From NCBI GenBank assembly GCA_963932905.1, contig CAWVRN010000012.1:32001-96000 (forward strand): a stretch of 64,000 nucleotides of DNA. Direction: 5' to 3'. The DNA comes from an uncultured Bdellovibrio sp. GTDB taxonomy: Bacteria > Bdellovibrionota > Bdellovibrionia > Bdellovibrionales > Bdellovibrionaceae. Below are positions 46,175-56,365 of this stretch, piece after piece. Made by a program: the position numbers and the translations under genes. The notes under the pieces were generated by a model. The model made no database searches. It saw only the letters and a list, made by a program, of their open reading frames with translations, and was not told the origin of the DNA. Position 1 is the first letter of the stretch; every line of letters starts with the position of its first letter.

Positions 46175-48481
46175 TTAGTAGTTGTCAGATTGTTTTTCCC
46201 ACGCATACTCCGGTTCAGGCGGTAAGTATTTGAGGAAATTAATCAGGTCTAATTTTTCTTCTCTAGATAACTCGGTACCCCAGTTGTGACCCATGTTTGA
46301 GTTACCCATTGGTTGACCGTTTTTATCTAATTGCAATGTATTGAAGCATAGCATTTCCTCGTCCTCACCACATGGGCGATCTCCTGGACGTTTCCAGTCT
46401 TGGAAACCAATGTTAACTGGATCGAATTTGTTAGATTTAACATTGAAATATTTAGGACGCTCAGTATCTCGAGTTAATAGCAGCATCAAGTTCGGAACGG
46501 AACCGTTGTGTAGGAAAGGCGCTGTGGCCCAGATTCCCGAAAGATGTTTTGCTTTATAACCATGGCCTTTATCTATTTTTCCGTAATTGTTATCTTTTTT
46601 GTTTTGAGTCGAACCTAAATATGTATCGCGGAAGAATTCAAAACCGCGAATATCACGGAATTCCATTCTCTCCTGTTGTTCAGGTGCGATATTATATTGT
46701 TGATAGTAGCGAGCTTTGATTCCAGCCACATCATCAAAAATTTTCTTTTCAAACGGAATTTCTACTACGTCACCTTTTTGAGTACGTACTTTGACCGGAA
46801 CGACGGCATTTAATGCCGCGCGAACGTCAGTGTCAGGGCTGTATTTGCCATCTTTTGAGGTAAGTGGGAACATGTTGTACTCGCGAAGCACGCCACTTGG
46901 TCCAACTAATTTATTTGATTCGTGGCACGATTGACAGTTCTGTTTGTAAATGGCGTAACCGTTTTGCAAACGGGCCTGATTCATATCGATTTCAAATTCC
47001 TTTAGGTATTTTTGTTCGTCATCTTTGTTTAGAACCTCTTTAAATACATCATTCCATTCTGGAACTTTGATTTTGTGACCTAGGTTTTCTAAACGATCAA
47101 GGTTAGTTACGTTGATTGTCGTGTCTAATTTGTCAGTAGTGATCATTGCACCTAAACCAAGTGCTTGACCTACGTTTCTTAAAAGAACTGAATTTGAGTT
47201 ACCGTTGTAGTGTAGGTTACCCATGTATTTCAAACCCCAGATCCAAGGTAATGAAACTGGAGCAGTTAAGTCGACCGGGAATTCAGTTCTTAGAACTAAG
47301 TTTGAAATACGACCGAAAGCATCTGTGCGGTTAAACGCCGACGCTGTTTCCATGATGGCTGGATTTGTACCGCCACTTAGGAACGCTAAGAATTTCATAC
47401 GTTGATCAAGATGACCAATATTATCCCCAGGCTGAAATCCGTAAGTTTTTTGTAATAGCAACAAATAAGTCGATTTGATCGCTTCTTGCGAACCAAACAT
47501 ACGCTCTGTTTTCCCTTTTTTAGCCTTTAATAACGTGATGATTTCAGATGGCCGGCACGCTTTCGTCGCGTCTAACATTAATCTGCCCGCTGTGCCTAAG
47601 CTTTGCGATTGTTTCGCTAGGTTTTGGCAAAAGTGAGATTTGATTTCTTCGGCATCTTCTTTTGGTTTGATGTGGGTTAAACTTGGATTTCTACGTTTGA
47701 TATCGGCTAAGAAATTTTCTAAGTTTTTACCTTTAACAAACATTACAATAGTAGAACCAATCAGGTCTTTGAAGAAACCACGGATGTTGACCATGGCCGG
47801 TGCACCTTGGATGCGGAACTCTGGAGTGAAATGTCTGTTTGTATCGTATGAAACATTACCAGAATGGCAAAGGGCACAGTTTGTACCTATCATACGGATG
47901 GATTTGTATTTAACTCCATCAACACCGACAATGTCTTTTACGATTTGGTCTTCACGAACAAATTTTCCATCGGCATTTTCAAAAGCGGCATAGGCATCAG
48001 CGGAATCGCCTACGTTGTTTGTTTTGTTAATTAATGAATCGTCAGTTCTTTGAGTACTCCATGCTGCTGTTAAACCTACATAAGGCATGAGGTAGCGAAT
48101 TTTTTTATCTTGGCCATTTACTTTTTTAACTGAATCGCGACTGTGAGCTTCCATAAAACCAAATCGTTTATCCATTTCAGCACTGAATGGTTTTGAAACT
48201 TTATTGTCATCGTCTTTGAAAGAAAGTGACTTCAGTGACATGAACCATTCGTAAGGATAAACATCAGCACCTTCGCTCAGATGATTAAAGTCAGCTAAGT
48301 CATTACCCTGTAAACCCGGAGGCGTTTGATGGAAGCACTTTCCAGTTCTTTTATCTAGTGCCGGCTTAGTCAGTGCTTGACCACCAAACTTATATTTCTG
48401 GGGTTCGCAATTGTTATCATCAGCAGCAAAAACATTTGCTGATACAACCAGTCCGGTAATTAAAATTAGAGTTTTAATCAT
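46175..48481 (-). CDS. Exported di-heme c-type enzyme of the RoxA / fatty-acid dioxygenase (FadCCP, OdsA/B-like) group
   Basis: Signal peptide; CALCH and CQSCH; RTDAFGRI.N, APVS.P.IW, GYKA..L.GIWATAPFLHNGSVP, N.GH; AGGAG RBS before ATG 48481. Confidence 0.85.
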   Translation of the reverse strand: MIKTLILITGLVVSANVFAADDNNCEPQKYKFGGQALTKPALDKRTGKCFHQTPPGLQGNDLADFNHLSEGADVYPYEWFMSLKSLSFKDDDNKVSKPFSAEMDKRFGFMEAHSRDSVKKVNGQDKKIRYLMPYVGLTAAWSTQRTDDSLINKTNNVGDSADAYAAFENADGKFVREDQIVKDIVGVDGVKYKSIRMIGTNCALCHSGNVSYDTNRHFTPEFRIQGAPAMVNIRGFFKDLIGSTIVMFVKGKNLENFLADIKRRNPSLTHIKPKEDAEEIKSHFCQNLAKQSQSLGTAGRLMLDATKACRPSEIITLLKAKKGKTERMFGSQEAIKSTYLLLLQKTYGFQPGDNIGHLDQRMKFLAFLSGGTNPAIMETASAFNRTDAFGRISNLVLRTEFPVDLTAPVSLPWIWGLKYMGNLHYNGNSNSVLLRNVGQALGLGAMITTDKLDTTINVTNLDRLENLGHKIKVPEWNDVFKEVLNKDDEQKYLKEFEIDMNQARLQNGYAIYKQNCQSCHESNKLVGPSGVLREYNMFPLTSKDGKYSPDTDVRAALNAVVPVKVRTQKGDVVEIPFEKKIFDDVAGIKARYYQQYNIAPEQQERMEFRDIRGFEFFRDTYLGSTQNKKDNNYGKIDKGHGYKAKHLSGIWATAPFLHNGSVPNLMLLLTRDTERPKYFNVKSNKFDPVNIGFQDWKRPGDRPCGEDEEMLCFNTLQLDKNGQPMGNSNMGHNWGTELSREEKLDLINFLKYLPPEPEYAWEKQSDNY

Positions 48482-48489
48482 ATACACTC

Positions 48490-48852
48490 CTATTTAAAAG
48501 CCAAAGTCAGTAAAGCCAAAGATGCAGGGAAGGCCTGAATCCAAAAAATACGTTTAGTTACAGATAAAGCGCCGACAACGCCGGCCACGAGTACGCAACC
48601 TAAGAAAAAAATTTGCAGCTGTAATTTTATATGCGCGTCGGGGTGCACCAAGGCCCATAATAAACCAGCAGCTAGGAATCCATTATATAAACCTTGATTC
48701 AACGCCATCACGCGAGTTTGTTGAGCAAATTCAGCCGTCAGACCAAAGATCTCGCGGATACGTTTCTTTTCCCATAGTTTCATTTCCAGAAACATGATGT
48801 AAAAGTGAACAAGGCAAATCAGTCCCGTCAACAGGGTTGAAACTATGTTCAT
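48490..48852 (-). CDS. DUF1304 family membrane protein
   Basis: H.YI..LEM..W, A.NQGLYNGFLA, Q..PA. Confidence 0.9.
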   Translation of the reverse strand: MNIVSTLLTGLICLVHFYIMFLEMKLWEKKRIREIFGLTAEFAQQTRVMALNQGLYNGFLAAGLLWALVHPDAHIKLQLQIFFLGCVLVAGVVGALSVTKRIFWIQAFPASLALLTLAFK

Positions 48853-48854
48853 GA

Positions 48855-51779
48855 TTAATCAACCTTTTCACAATACTGAGACTTATCTGCGATCACGATT
48901 TCATTATAAGCACGTCGTTCCGCCGGTGATAACGCTCCCTCGAATTTGAACGCTGTTTTATCGTAAACTCCATTCACGCATTTGTTGTAGTTTTCGCAGC
49001 GAGAAATTTTGCCTTTAGTTGCTTTGATATTGTCACCAATGCAAGTTCTGAACGTGAAGTTCAAGCGAACATAGAAATCTAATTGCTGGTTATTCATTCT
49101 GAACCAGCCTAGTGGGTTAGCAAAACTTCCGCGGTAATAGTAACGTTGCTGAGCACTGAAGTAATCTTCATGCGAGTATGCGGCATCATAAGAAGCCGGA
49201 CGAGTGGCTTGCGCATCACTTAGCTCGCTTTGATTGATAGGTTTTCCGAAATAGCGGTTTTCGTAGAATGCTTTTTCTGTATCCGTCAAATCAGCAAACG
49301 TAGAACATCTGTTAAAGATGGTTTTGTGAATTTCAGTTAAACGAACGTTGCCTTTTTCAGTTTGATTACGGATTTCCCATTGATTATCGCCGTATTTCTT
49401 TTTGGCAAATGCGTGTAACTTGCTGTCGCCATCTGCTTTGTCACGTTTACTATCAAAGACATTGTTGATTTTTTCAGATTCGCTTTCAAAGCAAACATGG
49501 AATTTCATCGGCATACGACAGTAAAGTAGGTCGTTATTACCTTCACGTAAGTTAGTGGCGTAACCTTGAGACGCTCGGATAGATGAATCAAATAGAATTT
49601 TACTTTTTTCCTTTTTGGTGTCAGTGATATCCATTACAACATCCAGCATACCTTCGTTGCCGGCAAAATCTGAAACATTAGATTGATAACGTTTTTCAAG
49701 AGGGTAGTTAGATTTCTCGATTTTACCATCCATACTGTAGACTAGATTTCCGCTAGCATCTTTAACGATGTTCCAGCCAGATAAGCAACCACGGAAGTGA
49801 TTACGATCGTAGTCTTTTAAATACGCTTCAAACGGAACGCTTTGATCTTGGATAGCGATTTTCTTTAATGATAGTGGACGCGCGTCGCTTGAATCATATT
49901 CAAGAATCATGCGTTCTGGAAATGATTCGTCGAATTTATCGGCGCCAAATAATGCACGTGTCGTCATATGTCTGAAATCCAGCTCACCATATGCACCTGG
50001 CATTTTACGAACATTCGGTAAAGACAGAATTCCAGAGATAATTTCTGGAACTTGGATCATAGATACGTAATCACCAAGGCAACGGTGTTTACCGTATCCA
50101 AGATGGAAGTATTTGTCATTGTGTGGGCTAGCGAAGCGATTGATATCGATAGCTTCCGGATTGGGGAAAGCTTCTGGGTCAAACATTGCTGCCTGTGTCG
50201 CAATGATAATATGACTTTTTGCTTTTAGTTTGTAACCAGAAAGTTCTGTATCTTTTTCTACGTAACGGAAAACAACTGGGTTAACTGGGTGAAAACGTAA
50301 TACTTCCCAAACCAAGTTATTGAATTGTTGCTGCTGAGTACGACCAGCTTTCGCATTTAATGACAATGCTTGAGCTTTTTTAGTTAAGTCTTTGTCGCCT
50401 AAAATTAAATTAAGAACTTGCGAAATCGCCGCTTGAGTCGTTTCTAGTCCACCCACCAATGTACCGATCAAATTCGTGCGAACACGAGATTTAACACGAC
50501 TAATGATTGTCGCGCGATCCAGTTTTGAAAGGTCTTCATCATCTGTTTTTTTGATATAAACTTTATCTTTAACCATATTTAGAAGATCGTCTTCTGATAA
50601 GGTAGCGTCGTTAATGTCGCCGATTGTGATAACCATGCGATCAAGGATGGTTTGCTCTTCACGAGGTTTTTGAGCTAGCGATGCTATGCTTTTGAATTTG
50701 CTATCAACTAGTTTTACCAGCTGTGACTGCATTTCCTGACCAGCTTTAACTGCGGTTTGGGCTTTCTTTGGATCGCCTACAACATTGTGGAAGAAGTCAT
50801 CTTGCGTAGCACGTGACCATTCCATAATTTTTTCTGGCGAAAAACCTTCAAAACCAAAGTATTTGATAGTTAAGATAGCGGGAACACGGCGAGCGATATG
50901 GTTAACCAGTTCGATATTGCCTTCTAGTTTCTTTGTATACGGATTCATTTTTACAAGTTCTAGATTTTTCATCTCTTGTTCGAAGATAGAGCGAACAAGA
51001 GGACGAATGCGTGGTTCCATTTCTTTAACATCGATCAAACCACGCAGCCAAGTGTGCTCGTGATTGATGGCTTTGCTGTCGTTACCAAGCATGAAATCAC
51101 CAACGGCATCTTTCATACGTTTATGATAGTTTCTAACACTGAATAACTCGTTTTCAGAAAGAGCCTTTTCAACGTCTTTAAATTTGGTAATTACATAAGT
51201 AGGGCCGTCAACTTCGTATGGTACGTCTTCGATTTTGAGTTTGCCTAATTCCAGGATGCCGTCGTTATCGTTAGCCATTAATGATTTAAATGTTATTAAG
51301 CCATTCGCACGCATCCAGGTCATGAAGTGAAGCAAATTAATTAGATCTGGTTTTAGTAATTTACCTAACTTCAATTTTAATTTTTGATCCGGGTATTTAG
51401 AGGTTACGACGCTCAGATCGCCATTTTTTAGGGCCTGGGCTTCTTCCCAGAAAGTCATACCTGTTTCAGGATTTAATAAAGCGTAGTCTTTATCCATGTC
51501 AGTAAATGCACGGTCTCTTGCATCGCCTAGTTTTTTGTGCGTTTTAGAAAGTTGTTCACGTTTTGAAAACAGAGATGACTTCATCGCACGGCTAGAGTTA
51601 GCGGCATCGTTTAGATACAATTTTTTAGTATCTACTGACAAAATCTGTGGCACCAATGGTTGTTGGGCTTGCTGTCTCATTGCTGCGATTTCAGCATCGC
51701 TTGGGCGACCTTGCGCTTGGGCGTAGCTAAATTGAGGAAGGACCATAGACGTTGTTAGTAACCAGCTCACTAATTTCAT
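48855..51779 (-). CDS. Cytochrome P450 with signal peptide and long N- and C-terminal extensions (974 aa)
   Basis: VGGLETT (I-helix), EVLRF (ExxR), FPNPE, HLGYGKHRCLG heme-thiolate motif; AAGGAG RBS. Confidence 0.9.
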   Translation of the reverse strand: MKLVSWLLTTSMVLPQFSYAQAQGRPSDAEIAAMRQQAQQPLVPQILSVDTKKLYLNDAANSSRAMKSSLFSKREQLSKTHKKLGDARDRAFTDMDKDYALLNPETGMTFWEEAQALKNGDLSVVTSKYPDQKLKLKLGKLLKPDLINLLHFMTWMRANGLITFKSLMANDNDGILELGKLKIEDVPYEVDGPTYVITKFKDVEKALSENELFSVRNYHKRMKDAVGDFMLGNDSKAINHEHTWLRGLIDVKEMEPRIRPLVRSIFEQEMKNLELVKMNPYTKKLEGNIELVNHIARRVPAILTIKYFGFEGFSPEKIMEWSRATQDDFFHNVVGDPKKAQTAVKAGQEMQSQLVKLVDSKFKSIASLAQKPREEQTILDRMVITIGDINDATLSEDDLLNMVKDKVYIKKTDDEDLSKLDRATIISRVKSRVRTNLIGTLVGGLETTQAAISQVLNLILGDKDLTKKAQALSLNAKAGRTQQQQFNNLVWEVLRFHPVNPVVFRYVEKDTELSGYKLKAKSHIIIATQAAMFDPEAFPNPEAIDINRFASPHNDKYFHLGYGKHRCLGDYVSMIQVPEIISGILSLPNVRKMPGAYGELDFRHMTTRALFGADKFDESFPERMILEYDSSDARPLSLKKIAIQDQSVPFEAYLKDYDRNHFRGCLSGWNIVKDASGNLVYSMDGKIEKSNYPLEKRYQSNVSDFAGNEGMLDVVMDITDTKKEKSKILFDSSIRASQGYATNLREGNNDLLYCRMPMKFHVCFESESEKINNVFDSKRDKADGDSKLHAFAKKKYGDNQWEIRNQTEKGNVRLTEIHKTIFNRCSTFADLTDTEKAFYENRYFGKPINQSELSDAQATRPASYDAAYSHEDYFSAQQRYYYRGSFANPLGWFRMNNQQLDFYVRLNFTFRTCIGDNIKATKGKISRCENYNKCVNGVYDKTAFKFEGALSPAERRAYNEIVIADKSQYCEKVD

Positions 51780-51873
51780 AAAATCTCCTTTTAGGGATTT
51801 CGATTCAGACGTGTGAATTGCAAACCGCGAGGAGTCTTGCGCAACTGTTTAAATAGAAAAGATTACAAAAGGG

Positions 51874-51890
51874 TGTCTAAAGTTTAGACA
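51874..51890. promoter_or_regulatory. Perfect palindrome TGTCTAAA-G-TTTAGACA upstream of the P450 operon
   Basis: TGTC-N9-GACA; partial second copy at 51953-51969. Confidence 0.5.
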
Positions 51891-51993
51891 AAGTGACAAT
51901 TCGGAAGGGACAGTAAGGCATTGATTTCTGACGATTTAATCGAATTTTAACCTGTCTCAAAATGAGTGAAAATGACTGATCGATATCACGACA

Positions 51994-53199
51994 TTAGGGT
52001 TTGCAGGCGTGGACAAAGAACTGTTTAACATCAAAAGAATAGTTCATATCCACTTTCACACGTTGATCTTGTTTTAATTCAAGAAAAACTTTGTTCTTGT
52101 GAATTTTTGATTTCAAATCGAATTTGTATCTTAAACGATCGTCAATTTCATTTTTCATTTCAATTTCAAGTAAGTCTAAACTCAACGATTCCACACGGTC
52201 GTGTTTATAAGCTTTTTCGTTATAGCATAAAGGCGAATAAACGAAATGATTCCTAGATTCCATTTTATTATCTAGTGGCCCAAACTTCCATTGCATCATG
52301 TACATTTTTTCGTTTCTCAACGTTTTCAGTTTTTCCGAAAACTTATCAAATTCTTGCTTAACTTGTTTATTAATTTTCTCTGATAGGTCGTCATTTTTTT
52401 GTTTTTCAAGCTGTCGCGCAGAATCGGTGGTAATTTTAACGTGGCAGGCAGAGTGATTATATCTTGGATAAGAAAATAAATCTAAATGAACGCATGCGAA
52501 ACTGGTTCCAAAAGCGGAATATATTTTAGTGTCCATCCTACGTCTTTGATCCTCAAATAACTGAAATAGTTTTCCATCGGAACTAGAATGGATAATGCCG
52601 CGAACTTCATTTCCCGATGACATAATCGGCGAACCTGAATTTCCAGGTATCACTTGGCACGGGATGAAATTCACGATCGGGCTTTTATCCGAAGAAAAGT
52701 AAGGATTGATAATTGAATTTTGAATGGCATCGCAGTTGGCTTTAACGACAATACCGCCGCCGGTTTCCTGATTCGGATCGATTTTGTAAATGGTGTATTG
52801 CTTTTCATTTTGGAAGCCATCTTGAGAAAAACTGAGTGGCTCACGATTAGTCGATGTTTGAGTTCTTAGAACCGCTAAGTCAACATTTACGGAGTTTGGA
52901 ATCAGAGGTTCTGATAAAAACTCGATCGTTTTACATTTTAAAACTTCGGGTTCATGATTCTTCGATTTCGGAAAGACAAAACTGATTCCGTTACAAGCTT
53001 CGCGTTCTTTTATCATCGTTTCAGGCAAGCAATGGCGATTGGTTGCTATTAGATCTCGGGCAACTAAGAAGGCGGTACAACGTTTGTTTTTATACTGCAA
53101 TTGATTGATGGCCGGCGGGCAGTCGTCGGGATGTTCACAATAAACTTTACCTTCGGCGACAACCGCAATCAAAACACAGAATAAAAAACCTAATTTCAT
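51994..53199 (-). CDS. Secreted trypsin-like serine protease
   Basis: CTAFL, TNRHC, DLA, GNSGSP; paralogous to 26873-28330. Confidence 0.85.
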   Translation of the reverse strand: MKLGFLFCVLIAVVAEGKVYCEHPDDCPPAINQLQYKNKRCTAFLVARDLIATNRHCLPETMIKEREACNGISFVFPKSKNHEPEVLKCKTIEFLSEPLIPNSVNVDLAVLRTQTSTNREPLSFSQDGFQNEKQYTIYKIDPNQETGGGIVVKANCDAIQNSIINPYFSSDKSPIVNFIPCQVIPGNSGSPIMSSGNEVRGIIHSSSDGKLFQLFEDQRRRMDTKIYSAFGTSFACVHLDLFSYPRYNHSACHVKITTDSARQLEKQKNDDLSEKINKQVKQEFDKFSEKLKTLRNEKMYMMQWKFGPLDNKMESRNHFVYSPLCYNEKAYKHDRVESLSLDLLEIEMKNEIDDRLRYKFDLKSKIHKNKVFLELKQDQRVKVDMNYSFDVKQFFVHACKP

Positions 53200-54063
53200 C
53201 TAGCACCCGCCACATATTCTTTTATATGTGGCGCCGCCGCGAGAATCACGGGAAATAGAAATCAAGAAGCTTTTTCTAGTCGTAGGAACGGACGCAGGAG
53301 CTTCGTATTCATTGGTTTCTTGATTGCTGCTGCGGAAATATTTTAGCACGCCGTCAGTGATGAACCATGTCGTAGTTAGCTCTTCTGATTTATTCTCGGA
53401 TGATCCATCATCTTTCCTTTGTGTGTAGATTTGGAAGCTGCTGGGATTGAAAACCATTCCGATAGTAAACTTACCACCCAATGGAAAATCATTGGTGCCT
53501 AGACTGACGCCGTTAGATTGCAATTGCGCTACAACAGGGTTTTGATTTTTCTCTCCGCTCGCTTTATTACTAACTAAAATACGTTTAACCGTATTTACTG
53601 TCTGGCCGCGCGTGTTTGAAATTTTGTATTCGATCAAATAACCAACGCCATTATATTTGTCCAGATCAGATCGTTGATTAAATATGGTAGCTTCACCAGG
53701 AATGACAGCAGTGAACGACGGCGCCGAACCTGTAAAATTTTGAGCCATCTCGCTATTGGTAGCCGATGTGATAGTGTTTTGAGATAATGCTACTTTAGTT
53801 GCGTTGCCAGCACATGTGGGTTCGGCGCCCAATGCCACACCGGGATCTACACAGCCGTAGGCTTCGTAGGTCAACGACGTAGTTTCGGCCACATCCGATA
53901 TAACCGGAGTAATGGAAACAGATTCACCGGGGTTCACTTCTGGTTTGTCGGCAATTAGCGTGAGCACTCGTAAATCAGTGAGTTCAACATATTTAGGTAG
54001 CTTTGAATCTTGGCAAGAAGTTAAATAACTGGCCAATATAGTAATTAAAACTAGCTGTTTCAT
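53200..54063 (-). CDS. Lipoprotein associated with the TonB-dependent receptor
   Basis: Lipobox LTSC; LRVL...AD.PEV.PG, NQNP, W...G, RD.RGG. Confidence 0.8.
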   Translation of the reverse strand: MKQLVLITILASYLTSCQDSKLPKYVELTDLRVLTLIADKPEVNPGESVSITPVISDVAETTSLTYEAYGCVDPGVALGAEPTCAGNATKVALSQNTITSATNSEMAQNFTGSAPSFTAVIPGEATIFNQRSDLDKYNGVGYLIEYKISNTRGQTVNTVKRILVSNKASGEKNQNPVVAQLQSNGVSLGTNDFPLGGKFTIGMVFNPSSFQIYTQRKDDGSSENKSEELTTTWFITDGVLKYFRSSNQETNEYEAPASVPTTRKSFLISISRDSRGGATYKRICGGC

Positions 54064-56363
54064 TAGAATTCTCCTTTGATACCGAAGGCCGGTAAAAATG
54101 GTAAACCAGAAATAAAATCTTTGCTTGAATAGTTATATGAATATTCGATCGATTCTGTATTTTTTGTATTCATCACATTTTGAATGTCTAGATACAGTGT
54201 CCAAATTTCTTCATCAGAGATCCACTTTTTATCGATGCGTAGATCTAATTGATAGAAATCTTTGTAACGTTCTGAATAGAAACTGCCCCGTTGAGGTAAA
54301 TATACGTCGTTATCAGAATCAAATGTACCACCAACAATAGGTGTATAGGGGTTTCCCGTCACGTAACGAAATCGCCCAGCGATTTTCCAATTGTTTTCTA
54401 GTTTTTTACCGGCAACTAAATTGAAATTGTGTGTTTGATCGTATTCGTGTTTATATTTAGCTACGCGATCGTTCCAACGGAAGCTCTCGCTCCACGTGTA
54501 GCTTAACCAAACGTCCCAATGGATATCGTTCCATTTAATCTGAGTTTCCACACCGTAGGCGCGGCCTCTGCCCGAGTTGTTGTAATTCTCATCGACCATA
54601 ACGCCGTCTCGTTCTACTTGTTTAAACGACTGCGACACTAATTGATCTAGCCACTTGTCGAAATAACTAGTTTGCCAAGTCAAACCCGAATCGCCGGCTT
54701 GCCTAAAGTCTTTTTCGAAACCAACTGTTAAATGGTCTGCACGAGGAGACTTAATGTCTGGGTTCCCAAACACCTTATCTTGTTCACGCCCTTCCGATGG
54801 CTGATAGTAACGACCGCCCGCTGCTTTTAACAACAGCGATGGGCTAAGGTTGTATTTCACGGCCAAGCGAGGAGTCAGATACGTTTCTTTCGTTGATTGA
54901 AACATGTCTAATCGCACTCCGGGGGTCAGGGTCCAATCATCTATTTTAAATTCGTGGCGATTATAAAGACCATTAAACACTTGGCTTGATCGTGTGTTTT
55001 GCTCTTTTACTTCGCCCGAAGAAAATGGGTTATTAACGCCGCCATCATCTGCTGTTTGAGAGATTTTGACTTTAGCCGTTCCTTCGCCCAAAAAACTGTC
55101 TATGCCAAGTTGCGAAGTCCAAGTTGGGGAAAATACTTTTTCTCCTTCCGCTCTGACAGTTAAAACGTTAGTTCGTATGGCGAGGTACTGTTCGCCTAAA
55201 TCAACAACGATTTGGTTTTGTCCAACACCTGTTGAAAACTTGTACTGAGTTTCACTATCGACTTTGTAAGTCCACTGAGGAATGAAACGATAGAACTGGG
55301 TTTCATTATAGAAACGTCCACGGAATGCCGGATCTGTCTTAAACGGTTCTTTCAAAACAAAAGCGAGTGTATCCCGCGAAGCCAGTTTAACTATTTTCAA
55401 ATTTTGTTTTTCGTCGAGTTTGCGATTGTAGATTCCCGTGATATCATAAAATTCAGGAGCTACGGTTAAATTAAAATCATCACGATCTTTGGCGATGGCA
55501 CCCAAGAATATTCCAACATAACTGGCGCGGGCACTGATTAAGAAATCGCTTTTATCATCGATATTGGCTTCATATAAACCACCGAGTTTTAAATTGTCCG
55601 CAAAGAAGAACGATTTCTTTTTACGCTCGCCAGGCTCTGGGCTGCGTGTCACTAAACCGATGATTCCGCCGGTAGCACGCGAAAAATCAGAACCATAGCC
55701 TGCCGATAGGTAATCGACTTGCCCCAAGGCTTCCGGCATTACAACTGAAGTTAAACCACCAAAGTGAAATACAATAGGAATTTCATGGCCATCGATATTG
55801 TACGAAGTGTCTTTTGGCTCGCCGCCTTGAACAACCACTTGCGAACTAAATCCTTGGACGCGGTTTACGCCAGGCAAGTTCTGAACGGCTTTGACAGGAT
55901 CACCGCCACTACCAGGCATAGATAGAAATTGCTCTTGCGTTAATGTCTTCTGAGTTTGATCACGTTTTTGTTTTTGACCAACCACGGTGGTTTCAAATGC
56001 TAAATAGGAATCTTTCTCGACGTAGTGTTTTAATTTTTTTGTGCTTTCATCGAGAGTGATATCTTTTTCTAATTTTTTATAGCCAGATAAATTGACAACA
56101 AGTTGATAGTCACCTGGGGGTAAGTTTTCAAATAAGAAATCACCTTTACTATCTGTTTGTACTTTTAGTTTTAAAGGTAATAAAAAAACATTCACTTCTT
56201 TTAAGGGAAGCTGCGTTCCTTTCTCTAAAATTCGGCCTTTAAAAGAAAGGGTACCTGCCACCGCCACTTCGGCTGGAGATTCTGTCGTAGCTGGGCCTTC
56301 ATTTGTTTGTGCGTACAGGCCGATCGTGGCCAATAAACAGCAAAGAGCTATTTTCATTTTCAC
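54063..56363 (-). CDS. TonB-dependent receptor with N-terminal Ig-like (carboxypeptidase-regulatory-like) domain
   Basis: PG..GD.....QNLPGV plug motif; PR, LD.QN, C-terminal GIKGEF. Confidence 0.93.
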   Translation of the reverse strand: MKMKIALCCLLATIGLYAQTNEGPATTESPAEVAVAGTLSFKGRILEKGTQLPLKEVNVFLLPLKLKVQTDSKGDFLFENLPPGDYQLVVNLSGYKKLEKDITLDESTKKLKHYVEKDSYLAFETTVVGQKQKRDQTQKTLTQEQFLSMPGSGGDPVKAVQNLPGVNRVQGFSSQVVVQGGEPKDTSYNIDGHEIPIVFHFGGLTSVVMPEALGQVDYLSAGYGSDFSRATGGIIGLVTRSPEPGERKKKSFFFADNLKLGGLYEANIDDKSDFLISARASYVGIFLGAIAKDRDDFNLTVAPEFYDITGIYNRKLDEKQNLKIVKLASRDTLAFVLKEPFKTDPAFRGRFYNETQFYRFIPQWTYKVDSETQYKFSTGVGQNQIVVDLGEQYLAIRTNVLTVRAEGEKVFSPTWTSQLGIDSFLGEGTAKVKISQTADDGGVNNPFSSGEVKEQNTRSSQVFNGLYNRHEFKIDDWTLTPGVRLDMFQSTKETYLTPRLAVKYNLSPSLLLKAAGGRYYQPSEGREQDKVFGNPDIKSPRADHLTVGFEKDFRQAGDSGLTWQTSYFDKWLDQLVSQSFKQVERDGVMVDENYNNSGRGRAYGVETQIKWNDIHWDVWLSYTWSESFRWNDRVAKYKHEYDQTHNFNLVAGKKLENNWKIAGRFRYVTGNPYTPIVGGTFDSDNDVYLPQRGSFYSERYKDFYQLDLRIDKKWISDEEIWTLYLDIQNVMNTKNTESIEYSYNYSSKDFISGLPFLPAFGIKGEF

Positions 56364-56365
56364 CT

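Noticed and set aside
51810..51835. Sigma54 promoter for the P450 operon (TTTGCAA -12-like)
   Set aside because: No GG at the -24 position
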